Positions 11,735 to 25,657 of a stretch of 64,000 bases of DNA are shown here, piece after piece (position 1 is the stretch's first letter; each line of letters starts with the position of its first letter). The stretch spans positions 337,528,001 through 337,592,000 of the forward strand of contig OZ024740.1 of the NCBI GenBank assembly GCA_964016885.1. Reading direction: 5' to 3'. The notes under the pieces are model-generated. The model did not search any database. It was not told the origin of the DNA and saw nothing but the letters and a program-made list of their open reading frames with translations. Both the position numbers and the translations under genes were made by a program. This DNA comes from Eledone cirrhosa. Lineage: Eukaryota.

Positions 11735-11970
<236 letters not shown>

Positions 11971-11973
<3 letters not shown>

Positions 11974-12198
11974 GTAATTTTGTCACGAATATACATAACA
12001 TTTCAATGAAAAGAGATCACTAAAATAATCTTATTCAGAGAAGCAAATACATATAGAACATCTTATACATAATCACTGAGGGGTAGATAATAGAAGCATC
12101 TTTCCCTAGGGATAAATTACCCTTGCTTTTCTGAATGAGATTATTTTAGCGATTGCTTTTCATTGAGATGTTATGCATATTTGTGACAAAATTACTTA
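11971..12198. repeat. Imperfect inverted repeat (~76-bp arms), pLTR-like fold-back
   Basis: 11971-12046 versus 12123-12198; abuts (TA)n. Confidence 0.8.
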
Positions 12199-12419
12199 TG
12201 TAACTACTTTTATAGATGGGCACCTTTTAATAACACAGAAATAGAAATGAAGTAATGTGTTTTGTTGTTGTTTTGCTGCTTTTGTCATTATTGTTGAATA
12301 TCTGGAGTCAACCTTGCTTTAACAGATCTATACTGTTGAGGCTGTAAATGAAACACTAGAGTACAGACACCCTTGTGAGTGAATTTCAGAGATGGAAACT
12401 GTAATGAAACTCATCATAT

Positions 12420-12735
12420 CATCATCATCATCCTCATCATCATCATTTTACGTCTGTTTTTCCCTGCTTGCAAGGGTGGGACGGAAATTGATTCTGGCTT
12501 GATTTCTACAGCTGGATGCCCTTCCTAACACCAACCTCATTTACAGTGAGTACTGGGTGCTTTTTTTCCGTGGCGCCTACACGTCCACTTTACAGTGTGG
12601 GCTGGGTGCTTTTTTGCCATGGCACCTCCACGACCACTTTGCAGTGGACTGATAGGGACCCCAGTCCTATCATCTCATTTCTACAGCTGAGTAAACTGGA
12701 GCAATGTGAAATAAAGTGTCTTGCTCAAGGAAACC
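12420..12735 (-). mobile_element. SINE family A, 5'-truncated
   Basis: Matches 178-435, with an extra internal RTE-3'UTR-like repeat unit. Confidence 0.85.
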
Positions 12736-13020
12736 ATCCAACTGGCATTGTGGTAATCTTTAAACAAAACTCTATTTTCTTCAAAATTAGTCTAATCAGC
12801 CGATGTATACCTTAGAGAATACTATATACATTCTCAAGAGTTTTAGTGTTTGACATAAGGGAGATACACAGTCTTGACAAAGGGCAATAACCCAGAAGCA
12901 ATATTATTGTTGATTGTTTCTCTCTGTCACCACTAGAACAAAAGGATGACAAGGATCATCTAAAACATAACATAATGAGGCTGTTTGCTTGCAAACAAAT
13001 CGAATATTATTATTATTCAA

Positions 13021-13870
13021 TTGTTCAAATCCCGCCAAGGTCAACTTTGGCTTTCATCCTTACGGGGTCGATAAAATAAAGTACCAGTAATGTACTGGGT
13101 AATTGCTGGCCTTGTGCCAAAGGTAGAAACAATTATTATTCGATATAAAACTCACGAATGCTCTATTTTCTGCACTTTACACAATGCTTCAAGCAAATTA
13201 CAACACTCTCTTAATTATTTCTAATTGTGGAAGATAGACGTTAAACGAACGATGATGATGGTACAAAGAAAACAATTTATGGGGAGGAGAAATCAATTTA
13301 CACCTACCCTAGTATATAGCTGGTACTTTATTTTATTGACCCTGTAAATATGAAAGGCAAAGTTGACCTTGATGAGATTTGAACTCAGAACATAAAGGAC
13401 CATAATTAAATGTTACAAAGCATTCTGTCTGATGCTCTTATGATTCTGCCAATCCTCTGTTCAAATGTGTGAAATTTAGACACAAGGCCAGTAGTTTTGT
13501 GGGGAGGGGAAATCAATTATATCAACTCCAGTACTTAACTGGTACTCTTTATTTTATTGACCTCAGAAGGATCAAAGGCAAAGTTGATCTCGGCAGGATT
13601 TGAACTTAGACTGTAACTAAACACTGCAAAGCATTTTATCTGATAACCTAATGATCCTTCCAATCCACCACTCTAAAAATCATAATTTCTAATTCAGGAA
13701 CAAGGCTAGCAATTTAAGGGGTGGGGAAAGTGATTTATATTGATCCCAATACATTGCTGGAACTTTATTTTATCAACTCTGGAAAAATGAAAGGCAAAGT
13801 TGACCTTAGTGGAATTTAAACCCAGAGCGTAAACACTGTAATCTGATGCTCTAATGATTTTGACAATCCA
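13021..13870. mobile_element. Cluster of SINE family B copies (one +, about three tandem -)
   Basis: Repeated ctggtactttattttattgacc...gaaaggcaaagttgacct...gatttgaactcaga units. Confidence 0.75.
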
Positions 13871-14923
13871 ATAACAACAACAACAATAATAATGATGATG
13901 ATGATGATAGTACTGGTAAAGATAATTGTCTATAGCTGTTATAGAATGATAAACCTCTTAAGTATTCTTAACTATGACATGGCCAACCAATTATTTTAAC
14001 CTTTAGCGGCAGATCAGCAGACACAGTTATTTATTGGCCAAACAAGTGTGAGAGACATGAAAACATTAACTCACACACACTCTCACACACACACATGCAT
14101 GCACATTTTAACCTTATTAGAAGCTATAAACTCAGCAATGCCAGGCTTTTACGATGAATTGATCATTAGTGGATATTATCAACAACCAAACAGAAATCAA
14201 TTGGTGTCATATCTATATTTTAATATTAGAAGTACAGGTTGAGATACCATTAGATGGATTTGAGATAATTCTGTCTGTATTTCTAAAATAATTATTGCTA
14301 ACAAACCTTATCATTTGTTCATCAAATTACACTGGCTAACCTACCAATTTCATTGATTATTGTACCAATTCCACTAACTAGCTCCCCAATTTACTAGTTA
14401 TCTTACCAATTCTGGTAATTTTTCTACTAATTCATTTTACTATTCTACTAATTATAATAACTGACCTACTAATTCTACTGACTATTTTACCAGTTCTACT
14501 AACAATCCCAACAATACCTATTCTAATAATTCTATTGACTAACATACTAAGAAGTTGTATGATTGAATTGAAAGATGCTGATAGTGGGAAAAACTCATTC
14601 TCTCTTATATACATATATATACACCAGGTCCGAACACAAAAGAACCAAACTCCCACTGTCACTGTCACCATCTCTCCCACTCTCCCTATCTCTCACTATT
14701 GTGAGAAAATGGGGGTCCACTCGCTGGTTGTCTCACGGCCCCAGCTGACAGAATAGAGAATGCATTTTCTTGGAGGATGCTGAAGGAGATGCGCTGGAAG
14801 AGCCATTTTACTAACATTAAGCAACACGCAGAAATATAAAATGTGTATTGCCAATGAGAAAGTCATCCCGACAAATGTTGTCTGACTTATCAAGTGCATG
14901 TGTGCACTGATGTTCTCTCTCTT

Positions 14924-15275
14924 TCACTCACTGCTTCTCTTGCTTTCCCCATCTCTCAATATTAATGCAAACGGGAGCCCATGTGCTAGCCACCCCGCAA
15001 TCCCAGCAGATAGAATAGAAAAGGTATTTCCCTGGTGGATGGTGAAGGAGATGCATTGAAAGAGCCATTCCAGCTTGTGAGGCTCATACCTGGGAGTAGC
15101 CAACTCCATGCCGATGGTGGTGAATAGGGAGGTGGTTCTAGGGCCAAGGATACTAGAAGTCTCTACTGCTATGGGCTTGACCACAAACCTGTTGGAGAGC
15201 GACTGATATTTGGAGAGTTTACTTTCCTCTGCTTGAAGTGCAGTAGAGCCTGGTTTAGCAACAGACTGCACCAGG
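14924..15275 (-). mobile_element. CRE-like non-LTR retrotransposon 3' fragment (RLE endonuclease C-terminus)
   Basis: AEESKLSKYQSLSNRFVVKPIAVETSSILGP...LFQCISFTIHQGNTFSIL matches the AE..K..KY...P.AVET.G...QRIS..IQRGNA pattern of CRE-clade RLE domains. Confidence 0.7.
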
Positions 15276-15499
15276 TTTACATTTAAATAAGAATACTCAA
15301 AATGTGCAATTTTGAATCGCAGTATCATAGGGCAAGAGGTTGTCTCATGTACATTGATATAAAAAAATATTAATGGCAAATAATAAAAACTTTGTATGAC
15401 TATGAAGACAATGTTGTTTACCTTTTTGATTTCTTTGTCCATCCTTCACATATTCTGTTATATATCATGTAAATGGTTTCATTTTTATATTCCATACAG

Positions 15500-15532
15500 C
15501 AACTTCCCGATTACTACCAGATACTGTATCGA
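15500..15532 (+). CDS. BAIAP3: 33-nt micro-exon of BAIAP3/UNC13D-like gene (MHD2)
   Basis: ttccatacag acceptor and gtaagt donor. Encodes QLPDYYQILYR, phase 0/0, bridging the flanking exons where homologues have a similar FY..(L/F)...L segment. Confidence 0.72.
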
Positions 15533-16465
15533 GTAAGTAAAATTAAGGCAACTTTTCAATTTTATTTTATTTTTATTCTTTTGCTGGCTTTATTCATTGG
15601 ATTGTGCTCATGCTTCAGTATTACCTTCTAGATAATACTTTTTAACATTTCACTGACTGAATTTAAAAAGATCTAAAGTTCAGAAGAAAATTTGAAGTTG
15701 GTCTATAGGTTTGTTAAAATAATAATTTGTTTCCCTTCTACCATTTTGGACTTAACAACCTCTATTTATGCTTTTTAATTACTGTATTGCCAATGTAGTA
15801 GTGTAATTCAGAAGAATTTCAAGAAATCAATGACAGTGAAGAAAGAAAACATCAACATAACTATTTGCTGTATTTCAAAATTTATCGTTTGTCAGTTGTA
15901 TTATGTCGAAGATCATCATCATCATCATCATCTTTTATGTTCATTTTTTTTTCCATGGGCTGGACAGGTTGCAGGGGTTGTTACAGACTAAGACAGTACT
16001 TAATTGGAGCTATTGTGCCCCTTGATGGGCTTGGAGTCACACCTCACTTACATTCTCAGATTTGGCATGAATTAAACAGCTAAATGATCTTTATAACATG
16101 AGCTACTTTATAGTGTATTCTGGGTGCATTTTAGCGTGGCATTAGCACTAGGAATGTTGCCATGTCCTTTTTACAAAACCTGTATTTACTCTTAACTCTT
16201 ATAACCTTGTATATTGTTGCCCCTTAATTTATCAACACAAATTCAGCCTTTCTATGCCGACATTTATCTACATTAACACATCCTATGATGTACACCCATA
16301 CTTATATACATGCAAGCATGTATACTTACATATATATATATATACATACATATCTACATGCGTGCATAGATACATGCATGCATAGATACATGCATGCATA
16401 TATATACACTCACACAGACACACACAGACACAGATGCACAAAGGTACAGATACTGACACAGACAG

Positions 16466-16514
<49 letters not shown>

Positions 16515-17424
16515 TGTATTTGAATTTATACATACACATATATAAGCTGTGGGAAAACTGCATAATGGAAAGACACAAGAGGAAACCTAATCATTGGATA
16601 CTGGCACAAGATGTTGGCAGTTTATAGAAACTCTCTTTGGTATATGTTTAAAAGAACTATGAAATGCCAAATTGACATAACAAATTTTGCTTTTCATAGT
16701 GCTAAACAATCTTACATCTCAAAATAAAAGAAACACCCACATAGCAAAGGTTACACACCACTTGCTTGTTTAAATATTATGGAATAAGCTTTACACAAAT
16801 TATTTATATCAGTTCCTCCAATTAATTATACCAGTTTCTATAAAACTGTGCTCCTTTAAGGTTTAGTTGTATGCATCTCTGAGGTCTGTGTCCTAGACAT
16901 CTGTCTTGTTAGTCATAATGGTAGTACCAGCTCTGGTTAAAGTCACATATATGAAGGTTGGTTAAAAAGTTCATAGGTTGACTATGAAGGAGTGGTGCTA
17001 AAACTGTGAAATCTTGCTAACATTAATTTCTGTCTGCCCTTCAGTCATTTTTAATAAAATGTCACCCCATTCCTGCTCCAGCTACAGGATACCAGATATA
17101 CGATGGATGAGTTGCATAATGTAGAGTGTTTTTCTTACTATTGCATCATGGTTTGCTAAACAGAATGACCAGTTCTACCCATTGATAAACCACACAACAT
17201 TAATGGTATATATGTATGTGTATATATATTATATATATATATATATAATATATAAGATCAAAAGATGGTTAAAAGAGTTCCATCTATTTTATTATGCGCA
17301 TTTCAAAAACAAATATCATCATGCAATAACATTTGCATTTTCGTTAGATAAAATAGGGAGACATGATATGAAGGTTAAAAAACACTTGTGAATAGTGCAG
17401 TTTTAAATCAACATATATGTACAT

Positions 17425-20076
17425 CCCAATGTACATCCCAACATAGCTTAGTTGTCAGCGACCTCACGGTCAGAACTAGACGAGCCCTGAAACAGAGGCC
17501 AACCTGGAGAAGAAAGATCTGGAAGCTGAAAGTCCCCTCAACCAGTAACAGATTTAAAGATATTTTACTCAACGCCTACGACAGTAAAGAAGAACAGATA
17601 GAGACATTTAACGTAGAAGAGAACTGGGAGTTCCTAAAAAATAACTTACTAGAGGCGACAGATGAGGTTTGTGGCTGGAGTAAGACCTCAAGCAGGAGGA
17701 GAGTGACTTGGTGGTGGAACAATAAGGTAGATGAAGCAGTCAAGGCCAAGAGACAGGCATGGAAAGAATGGAAGAACGGGGGGAGCAGGGTACATTACAT
17801 AGAGACCAAGAGGGAAACTAGGCGACAAGTATACTTAGCTAGGAGGGAAGCAGAGGATAGAAAATTCAAGCATGTTTTACAACGTGAGGACCAGAAACAG
17901 GAGGTATTCAAGATTGCGAGGCAGTGTGTCAGAGATAGTTGTGATGTCATTGGAGAGAAGTGTATCCGGAATGATAAAGGTGAGCTTGCCCTCACAAGTG
18001 CTGAGAAGAAAGATGCATGGAAGAGTCATTATGATAGATTACTAAATGAGGATAATGCATGGGAAGAAGAGACCCTACCCCACGTAGACCCTATAGAGGG
18101 ACCAGCAGTACAAGTCAGTGGCAGCGTAGTAAGTAAGGCAATCAGAGATATGAAGATAGGGAAGGCAACCGGTCCATCGGGTATAGCTGCCGAGATGCTG
18201 AAGGCATCTGGGTCTGTAGGTCACACTATAACCACATGTATCGTTAACCAGGTAATACTAGAGGGGGCCATACCAAAAGATTGGTGCAGTAGCATCATTG
18301 TCAACTGCTACAAAGGTAAAGGCGATGCACTAGATAGAGGAAACTATAGAGGTATAAAGTTGATGGACCAGGTCATGAAAGTAACAGAAAGAGTTATAGC
18401 ACAGCTGATTAGGGACCGGGTGAATATAGACGAGATGCAATTTGGGTTTGTACCAGGGAAAGGCATCACTGATGCCCTCTTCCTTGTGAGGCAATTACAG
18501 GAAAAGTACCTAGCTAAAAGTAAGCCACTCTACTTGGCATTTGTCGACCTTGAGAAAGCCTTTGACAGAGTTCCACGTGCAGTAATCTGGTGGGCTCTTA
18601 GAAAACTAGGAGTAGATGAATGGCTTGTGAAAGCGGTACAAGCCATGTATAGGGGAGCAGTCAGCAAAGTTAGGATTAGCAATGAGTATAGCGAGGAATT
18701 TAGCGTACAGGTTGGGGTCCACCAGGGCTCTGTTCTTAGCCCTCTCCTGTTCATCATAGTCCTGCAGGCAATAACGGAGGAGTTTAAGACCGGATGCCCA
18801 TGGGAACTCCTGTATGCTGATGACCTCACACTCATAGCTGAATCTATGGTAGAACTAGAGAATAAATTCCAAACCTGGAAGCAGGGACTAGAGAGAAAGG
18901 GCCTCAAAGTCAACATGACAAAGACAAAGGTCCTTATAAGTAGACGAGAAAACAGAACCCAGATCCCCTCAGGAAAATGGCCTTGCTCAGTATGTAGGAA
19001 AGGTGTAGGTAGGAACTCCATTCTCTGCCCCAAATGCAAACAATGGGTACACAAGAGATGTAGCGGGATCTCAGGAAGCTTAATTAAGAATGTAGGATTC
19101 ACATGCAGCAGCTGTGCTGAAACAGCAAGCAAACAGCCACAGGAAACAAGTACCACCAATCTCTGGGAGGGCCCTGTAGAAACAGTAGACAGCTTCTGCT
19201 ACCTAGGTGACCGAATTAGCAACGGAGGTGGGTGCTCAGAAAGTACAATAACTAGGGTAAGAACGGGATGGAAGAAGTTTAGGGAACTACTACTACTGCT
19301 AGCTGCAAAAGGCTTCTCCCTCAGAATGAAAGGCAGACTGTATGATGCGTGTATCCGAACAGCGATGTTGCATGGTAGTGAGACCTGGGCGCTGAAGGTG
19401 GAAGACTTACGTAGATTAGAGAGAAACGAAGCCTGCATGCTCCGATGGATGTGTAACAGTAATATACGTGAACGACAAAGCATAAAGGAATTGAGAGAGA
19501 GACTGAGCATAAGAGGAATCAAATGCTGCGTGCAGGAGAGGCGGTTACGCTGGTATGGACATGTGATGCGTATGAAGGATGACAGCTGCATAAAAAGGTG
19601 CAGAGCACTAGAAGTTGATGGAAACCGCGGAGTGGGGAGACCCAAGATGACTTGGGATGAGGTGATAAAAGCCGACCTTACCCAACTACACCTCTCAAAG
19701 TCAATGACACACGACCGTGACTTCTGGCGTCAAGCAGTAATACAGGGTACCCGACCTCCCATGGGTACATGCTGAAGCATATAAACAATATGCCCCCACT
19801 CCCCCCACCGCAAGGTGGTCGTGGAGGTGCCACGGCAAAAAAGCACCCAGCCCACACTGTAAAGTGGACGTGTAGGCGCCACGAAAAAGCACCCAGCACT
19901 CACTGTAAATGAGGTTGGTGTTAGGAAGGGCATCCAGCTGTAGAAATCAAGCCAGATCAGTTCCTGTATGAGCAAGGCATGGTCAGCCGACCAGACACTG
20001 CCCACAACAGGACAACCCGTCTAACCCATGCTAGCGTGGAAGAACGGATGTAAAACGGTGATGATGATGATGATGA

Positions 20077-20077
<1 letters not shown>
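17425..20077 (+). mobile_element. Young RTE-clade LINE, 5'-truncated, uninterrupted RT ORF (17388-19775)
   Basis: Open frame of about 780 element-derived codons with RT motifs (YADD), a C4HC3 PHD-like finger, 3'UTR and (TGA)n tail. Most of the APE domain is missing. Confidence 0.96.
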
Positions 20078-20126
<49 letters not shown>

Positions 20127-20175
20127 TACATACATACATACATATATATATATGTATGTATGATGTATATATATA

Positions 20176-20542
20176 AAAAACAAGAAGTGTAAGTCAACAG
20201 GTTAAAATTACCTTTGTTTATTCATACTCGCTGTTATATATATTTCGGTGATAACCATTTTTCAACAGCTATGACCTTACCAGACAGCTAAAACTTGAAT
20301 AGAAAAAACAGAAAAACATATGATGGAGCAAAGTTTACCTCTGTTATTTTGATCTATTGATATGCTCAATCCTGAAGTATGGTGTTGTTTTCTCAAAGAA
20401 CTGGTGGCATATGCCATGTTCAAGTTCTAGCTGTCTGATGAGGTCATAGCTGTTGAATAATGGTTATCACCAAAATATATATAACAGTGAGTATGAATAA
20501 ATGAAGGTAATTTTAACCTGTTGACTTACACTTCTTGTTTTT
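20176..20542. mobile_element. Fold-back pLTR-like element, ~125-bp inverted arms with hammerhead (20230-20288 -, 20430-20488 +)
   Basis: Consensus of the two arms is GCTGT-CTGATGA-GGTCATAGC...GTTATCACC-GAAA-TATATA-TA-ACAGC followed by AATAAA; flanked by (TA)n. Confidence 0.8.
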
Positions 20543-20639
20543 AAATTACTCTGGGGTAAACAAACCTACCTGCACACTTTATTGAGTGCTCTACCCTGCA
20601 TACTGAAGTGTTAGCAACTTACCAACACATACTCAAATT

Positions 20640-20670
<31 letters not shown>

Positions 20671-21269
20671 TAAATACTGCAGAAAGGTGTTCAATTCTAT
20701 TTTCCATTTATAGTTATTTGAATTACTACATTTGGTAAAAGTATATGCTGCCATTGAAAGGCTCACAAAGAAACATAGGCCACAATTCTTAATCTTTTAA
20801 CTGAAGGCAGAATGATTGTCTCTGGTGATTATGAACCTTTCAAAAGAAATACTCAAAGGAGGCAGATTGTTTGTACTTCTGTTTATTTTGTATTAACCAT
20901 TGGAATTTCGTTTACAAAGACCCAGTTATAATATGCTGGGATCTATTGCAGTAAGAACCACCAGTGCACTCAAGACATCTTTATTGACGATCTTAAGTTC
21001 TGTTCTATTGAAAAACATTGAACTTCATAACAATTACTTCAATTGATATAGGGATGAAGCCTAACTAAAAGAAATATTTATACTTTATAGTTGAGCGCGA
21101 GTGAACTGCTAGCAAACCAACATCAAGTATAGCAATGATTATCATCATTATCATCATCATTATCATGGTGATGATAAAAATAATAATATAAACAACAACA
21201 ATAACAACAATAATAATAAGCAGAAGAAGAAGAAGAAAAAAATAATAATATTAAGAAGAAGAAGAAAGA

Positions 21270-21750
21270 GAGATTGGTACTGGAAATATTGAAGAATGAA
21301 AATGGTGTCAGAAAAATTCTGGAAATCATGAAAAAGAGGGAATTCACAGATTACAAAATTTCACAAAGGTGGATATTGATAGGCTGAAAAACATGACAAA
21401 CAAAGTGAATAGATTATTTGGGTATATATATGACAAAGATATTAAGGTTGCAGAGAAGAAAGAAGGAAAATATAGAGGCATGGTGGAAGGGAAGGATTCA
21501 AGTAAACATAAAGATTTTAAGACAAGATGTAAATGCATTTGAAAGAAAGACTAGGAGCTAATTGAAAAATGAAAGGACATACAAATAACTGATACAAAAT
21601 CATAAGGAAAAGATTGGATGTCATTTTAGAAGATCTAAAACACAGACTGACAGCTAAAACAGCAAAAAAATGTATGACAAAAGAATAGCTGAATACAGAC
21701 AAAATTGGACATTCCGGACATACCAGAAAAAATTCTATCAAGAACTTAAC
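21270..21750 (+). mobile_element. R4/Dong-like non-LTR retrotransposon remnant (pre-RT region)
   Basis: YKIIRKRLDVILEDLKHRLTAKTAK...YDKRIAEYRQNWTFRTYQKKFYQELN, a pattern typical of R4/Dong-type ORFs. Confidence 0.6.
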
Positions 21751-22605
21751 CCTTTAGCATTTACATTACTCTATATTTACTATTTTATTTTCGCAGTAAA
21801 GGATTTATCTTACTTAATTATCTCACAGTATTGAATCTACAAGATTTTATTGAATCTACATGATTTTATTGAATCTACAAGATTTTGATATTATTTATTA
21901 TGAGAACAATACCTTAATGTCAGTATGAGCAGCTGTAATGGCTGGTTTGAACAGAAAGAGGTGAGAGGATTTTGGTTGGATACAGATGGTTTAAATGCCA
22001 AAGGTGTTAATGGGGATTTTTGGCAGGAAGGTTTAATTCTGGTTGCAGAAGAAAATAAATTTCATGGAGACATTTGAAGTGTAGAGAAAGAGTATAAAAA
22101 TGAGAAAGAATACACATTGAAAACCCAGCCAAATAGCAAACATATACCTTTGTTCCCCACAGTTGGATATTGGAATGAATGAGGATTGAGGATATTTAGA
22201 ATTGCTGAGAATATAACTGAATTTATGAAAGGAAATATGGCAACATGGAGAACTCAATTAAGCTTATATTTTATATTCAGTGCTGGGAGCAGTGAATATA
22301 AAATGAGAAAGTTTTCAAAGTGATTGCCGGTTGTCTTATGCATGGTGTCATTGTTTCCAGAATTTACAACTGAGAACTACAGTAGATTGGGGTTGGTGTT
22401 GGACTAACAATTGAAAGGTAGGAAAAAGATCACTGCAATAAACACATGGGTTGTTGGTGTTTTGTGATATAAAGGTTTAAAATACACAAGACACACTGAA
22501 TGTCACTACAGCATCCCTACAACTCCCTCAGGAGTTATGGGTCCATACACATATACATATACATACATACATACATACATATGTATATTACTACTATATA
22601 AATAT

Positions 22606-22945
22606 GTGAAGGTGCATGGCTTAGTGGTTAAAGCATTGGACTTGCAATTGGAAGGTTGTGAGTTCGATTCTCAGACCGAATGATGCGTTGTGAACTTGAG
22701 CAAGACCCATTATTTCATGTTGCTCCAGTATACTCAGCTGTAGAAATGATTTGTGATGTCACTGGTATCAAGCTATATCGGCCATTGCCTTTCCCTTGGA
22801 CATCATCGGTGGCATGGAGAGAGGAGGTTAGTATGCATGGGTGACTGCTGGTCTTTCACAAACAACTTTGCTCAGACTTGTGCCTTGGAGGGAAACTTTC
22901 TCGGTGCAAATCCCATGGTCATTCATGACCAAAGGGGGTCTTTAC
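22606..22945 (+). mobile_element. tRNA-derived SINE (family A head with a different body)
   Basis: tggcttagtggttaaagc A box, gagttcgattc B box, ttgagcaagac core and a distinct 3' body. Confidence 0.75.
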
Positions 22946-22961
22946 TTTACTTTTACTATAT

Positions 22962-24485
22962 ATCATCATCATCATTTTACGCCTGCTTTCTCCTGCTTGC
23001 AAGGGTGGGACGGGCCCTATTCAGCACAGCATCTCACCATTTGTCATGGTCCTTTATCATCTCCTCTGTGAGCTTCAGCTTTCTGAGGTCAGCTCTCACC
23101 ACCTCCACCCATGATTTTCATGGTGTCCTCAACTACATCTTCTTTCTACTGGGATTTCTTGGCACTTCTTTACCTAGCATTTATCCTCCATGCACATCAC
23201 ATGTCCATATCAATGTAGTCTTCTCTCCCGCACACTACAGCCTATCCCTCTTATACACCGTTTCTCTCTCAACTCATCTATGCTTGGTCGTTCATAGGGA
23301 GAAACCCTTCTTTGTCAACAGAGGAAGCAGCTACCTTAACTTCTTTCAACCCATCTGTATTCTAGACCCACCTCCCTTACTAATCTGATCACCTAGGTAT
23401 CAGAAGCTAACAACCACCTCTATAGATCCTACCTGCATTTGAAAAATGTGTCTATCACTGCAACTTCTACTGTCAAATTTCCCTGTACATCTACTGCATA
23501 TGTAGTTTTCCCTACCTGTTTGTTTGCCTGCTATCCCACTACATCTCTTGTGTACCCAACATCTGCATCGTGTACATTTTATAGAATTTATACCAACTCC
23601 TACATATCGACCATGGCCATTTCCCAGATAGAATCAGAGTTTTGTCCTCTCTTCTACTTATCAACACTTTTGATTTAGCTATGATCACTCTCAGGCCTCT
23701 TGATTCCAACTGCTGTTTCCATAGCCAGAATTTATTCTCTAGCTCCTCTACTGATTCTGCTATAAGTACCAGCTCGTCAGCATAGAGAAGTTCCTATGGG
23801 CAGCCAGTCTTAAACTCCTCTGTTATGGCTTGGAGGACTATAATGAACAAGAGTGGGTTGAGGACCGAACCCTGATGCACTCCTACTTGTCTCTGGAATT
23901 CCTCACTAAACTTCATTCCTACTCTCACTTTACTGACAACACCTCTGTACATAGCTTGCACTGTCCTCACAAGCCAGTCCTATACATTCCTCTCTCTCCC
24001 ATTCATTCTCAAAATTCATCCTTCTCTCATAATGACATTTCTGAGCATCAGTGACACTAAGTACACCCGCATCATTTTGGACACACTTATCTCCAACAAC
24101 ATCTTGATTTACACTGCCTTACAATGCAGAACATCGCACGTCTCTGATCTTCTCGTCACAGAACATTGGCAAACTTCCTACTCTCAGCTTCTCTGCATGC
24201 TAAGTACACCTGATGTCTAGCTTCTCTTTTAGCTGCTGTGTATCAGTCTCTACTCCCACCATTTTTCCAAGCCTTCCATGCTAGTCTTTTGTCTCTAATG
24301 GCCCTATCTACCGTGCTGTTCCACCATCAGATCACCTTCTGTCTGGTTGGAGCTCTGCTCCAGCCACATGTTTCTTCAGGAGCCTGCAGTAAGTTGTCAT
24401 GGAAGAAATTCCAGTTATCATCTATGTCATACGATTCTAACTTGTCTTCTTTTTTGTCATACACATCTTGAAGGGCTTTCCTAAA
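22962..24485 (-). mobile_element. RTE LINE, internally deleted, degenerate
   Basis: The minus strand has TWWWN-like, GCPWELLYADE-like and WKK segments; same 3' tail as 5139-5190. Confidence 0.85.
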
Positions 24486-25501
24486 TTTATACATACACAC
24501 ACAGACACACACATATATATATATTTATATATATATATTTTCAACCAACCTTTGCTAGTGTGGCAAGTGGATGTAAGATAATGATAATGATGATGACCTT
24601 CATACATAATATGCTGTATGGTGATATAGGGGTTTATGCAATTTTTCTTGAACATATTACATCTTCAGACAAGCCAATGAGGTGGGGTTTCTATGCAGTT
24701 GCTTGACTTTCTAGAAATAGTAGCTATGTCTTTTTCAAATCACGTTCCACCATTTTCAAAAAGGAAGGAGAGTCCAATATTACATGTCGAAAAATAAGTT
24801 GGGATGGTTATGGATGGAATGATTTTGATATAAAGTTTACTTGATATGAAGCTGACTTGGGGATTAACAACAGCAACAATGATAATGAGGATGATAATAA
24901 ATAATTTATTCCATAGGTTTTAAGGTTATATAAACAGTTTGTATTGAGAGTACATCTTTGAGTTTGACTGTACTGTAGCTGAATATCATCTAATTAGGTG
25001 TAAATCATGTACCTTTGATTATCTAACACTATAATGCTGAAATTATTTAAAACAAAATTAAATATATATTTTCATGTAGTAATAATTAATATATATGTTC
25101 TTTAGTGTGTTTTGTATAAATGGAAAACTGTTCTTTGAGATACATTGTCTTTAAAATCATTTCTTTTGACATACTGAAAAAAATATTTTCTGAAAAACTT
25201 TCCAAGTTCATGTATTTTATTTTTTATTTTATTAACAAAATGTACAAACAGTGTCCATTGTGTTAGCATTCAAAAGAGATCATTATTCATTATTAAGACT
25301 TGGTGTTAACATTTATGTTTATATCCTCACATTTTTTCTTGAATATAAAATTGATTGTTAGTCTTGTCTGGAGTTTTTATTTTTTTACTTCACTTCAAAA
25401 TTAGCATACATTTCACTTCAAAAACATTTGGCATATATGTTTCTGACATCATTGCTTTTTTTTAATCTATTTTTTATAAACACTCCTTTGTGAATCTGAA
25501 G

Positions 25502-25657
25502 CATCTACGCACACTTCGCATCTTTTTCCATAGTCACAGAGAACAGTTAAATGTTCATTGTGATGTTAGCCGGAAGATTGAGGAACACCTATCCCTTAAC
25601 AGTAAAACCTCAAAAGAATTGATGTTGCAGTACTTGTACAAACTCTGTCAAGATCTA
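25502..25657 (+). CDS. BAIAP3: Exon of BAIAP3/UNC13D-like gene (end of MHD2)
   Basis: aag acceptor after a T-rich tract and gtacgt donor. 156 bp, HLRTLRIFFHSHREQLNVHCDVSRKIEEHLSLNSKTSKELMLQYLYKLCQDL, matching the L..FFH...L.L....T.ELI..Y pattern of MHD2. Confidence 0.8.

Noticed and set aside
17795-20005. Antisense ORFs over RTE copies and the recurring [17 protein letters not shown] peptide
   Set aside because: They are shadows of LINE and SINE sequence on the opposite strand; recurrence reflects repeat copy number.
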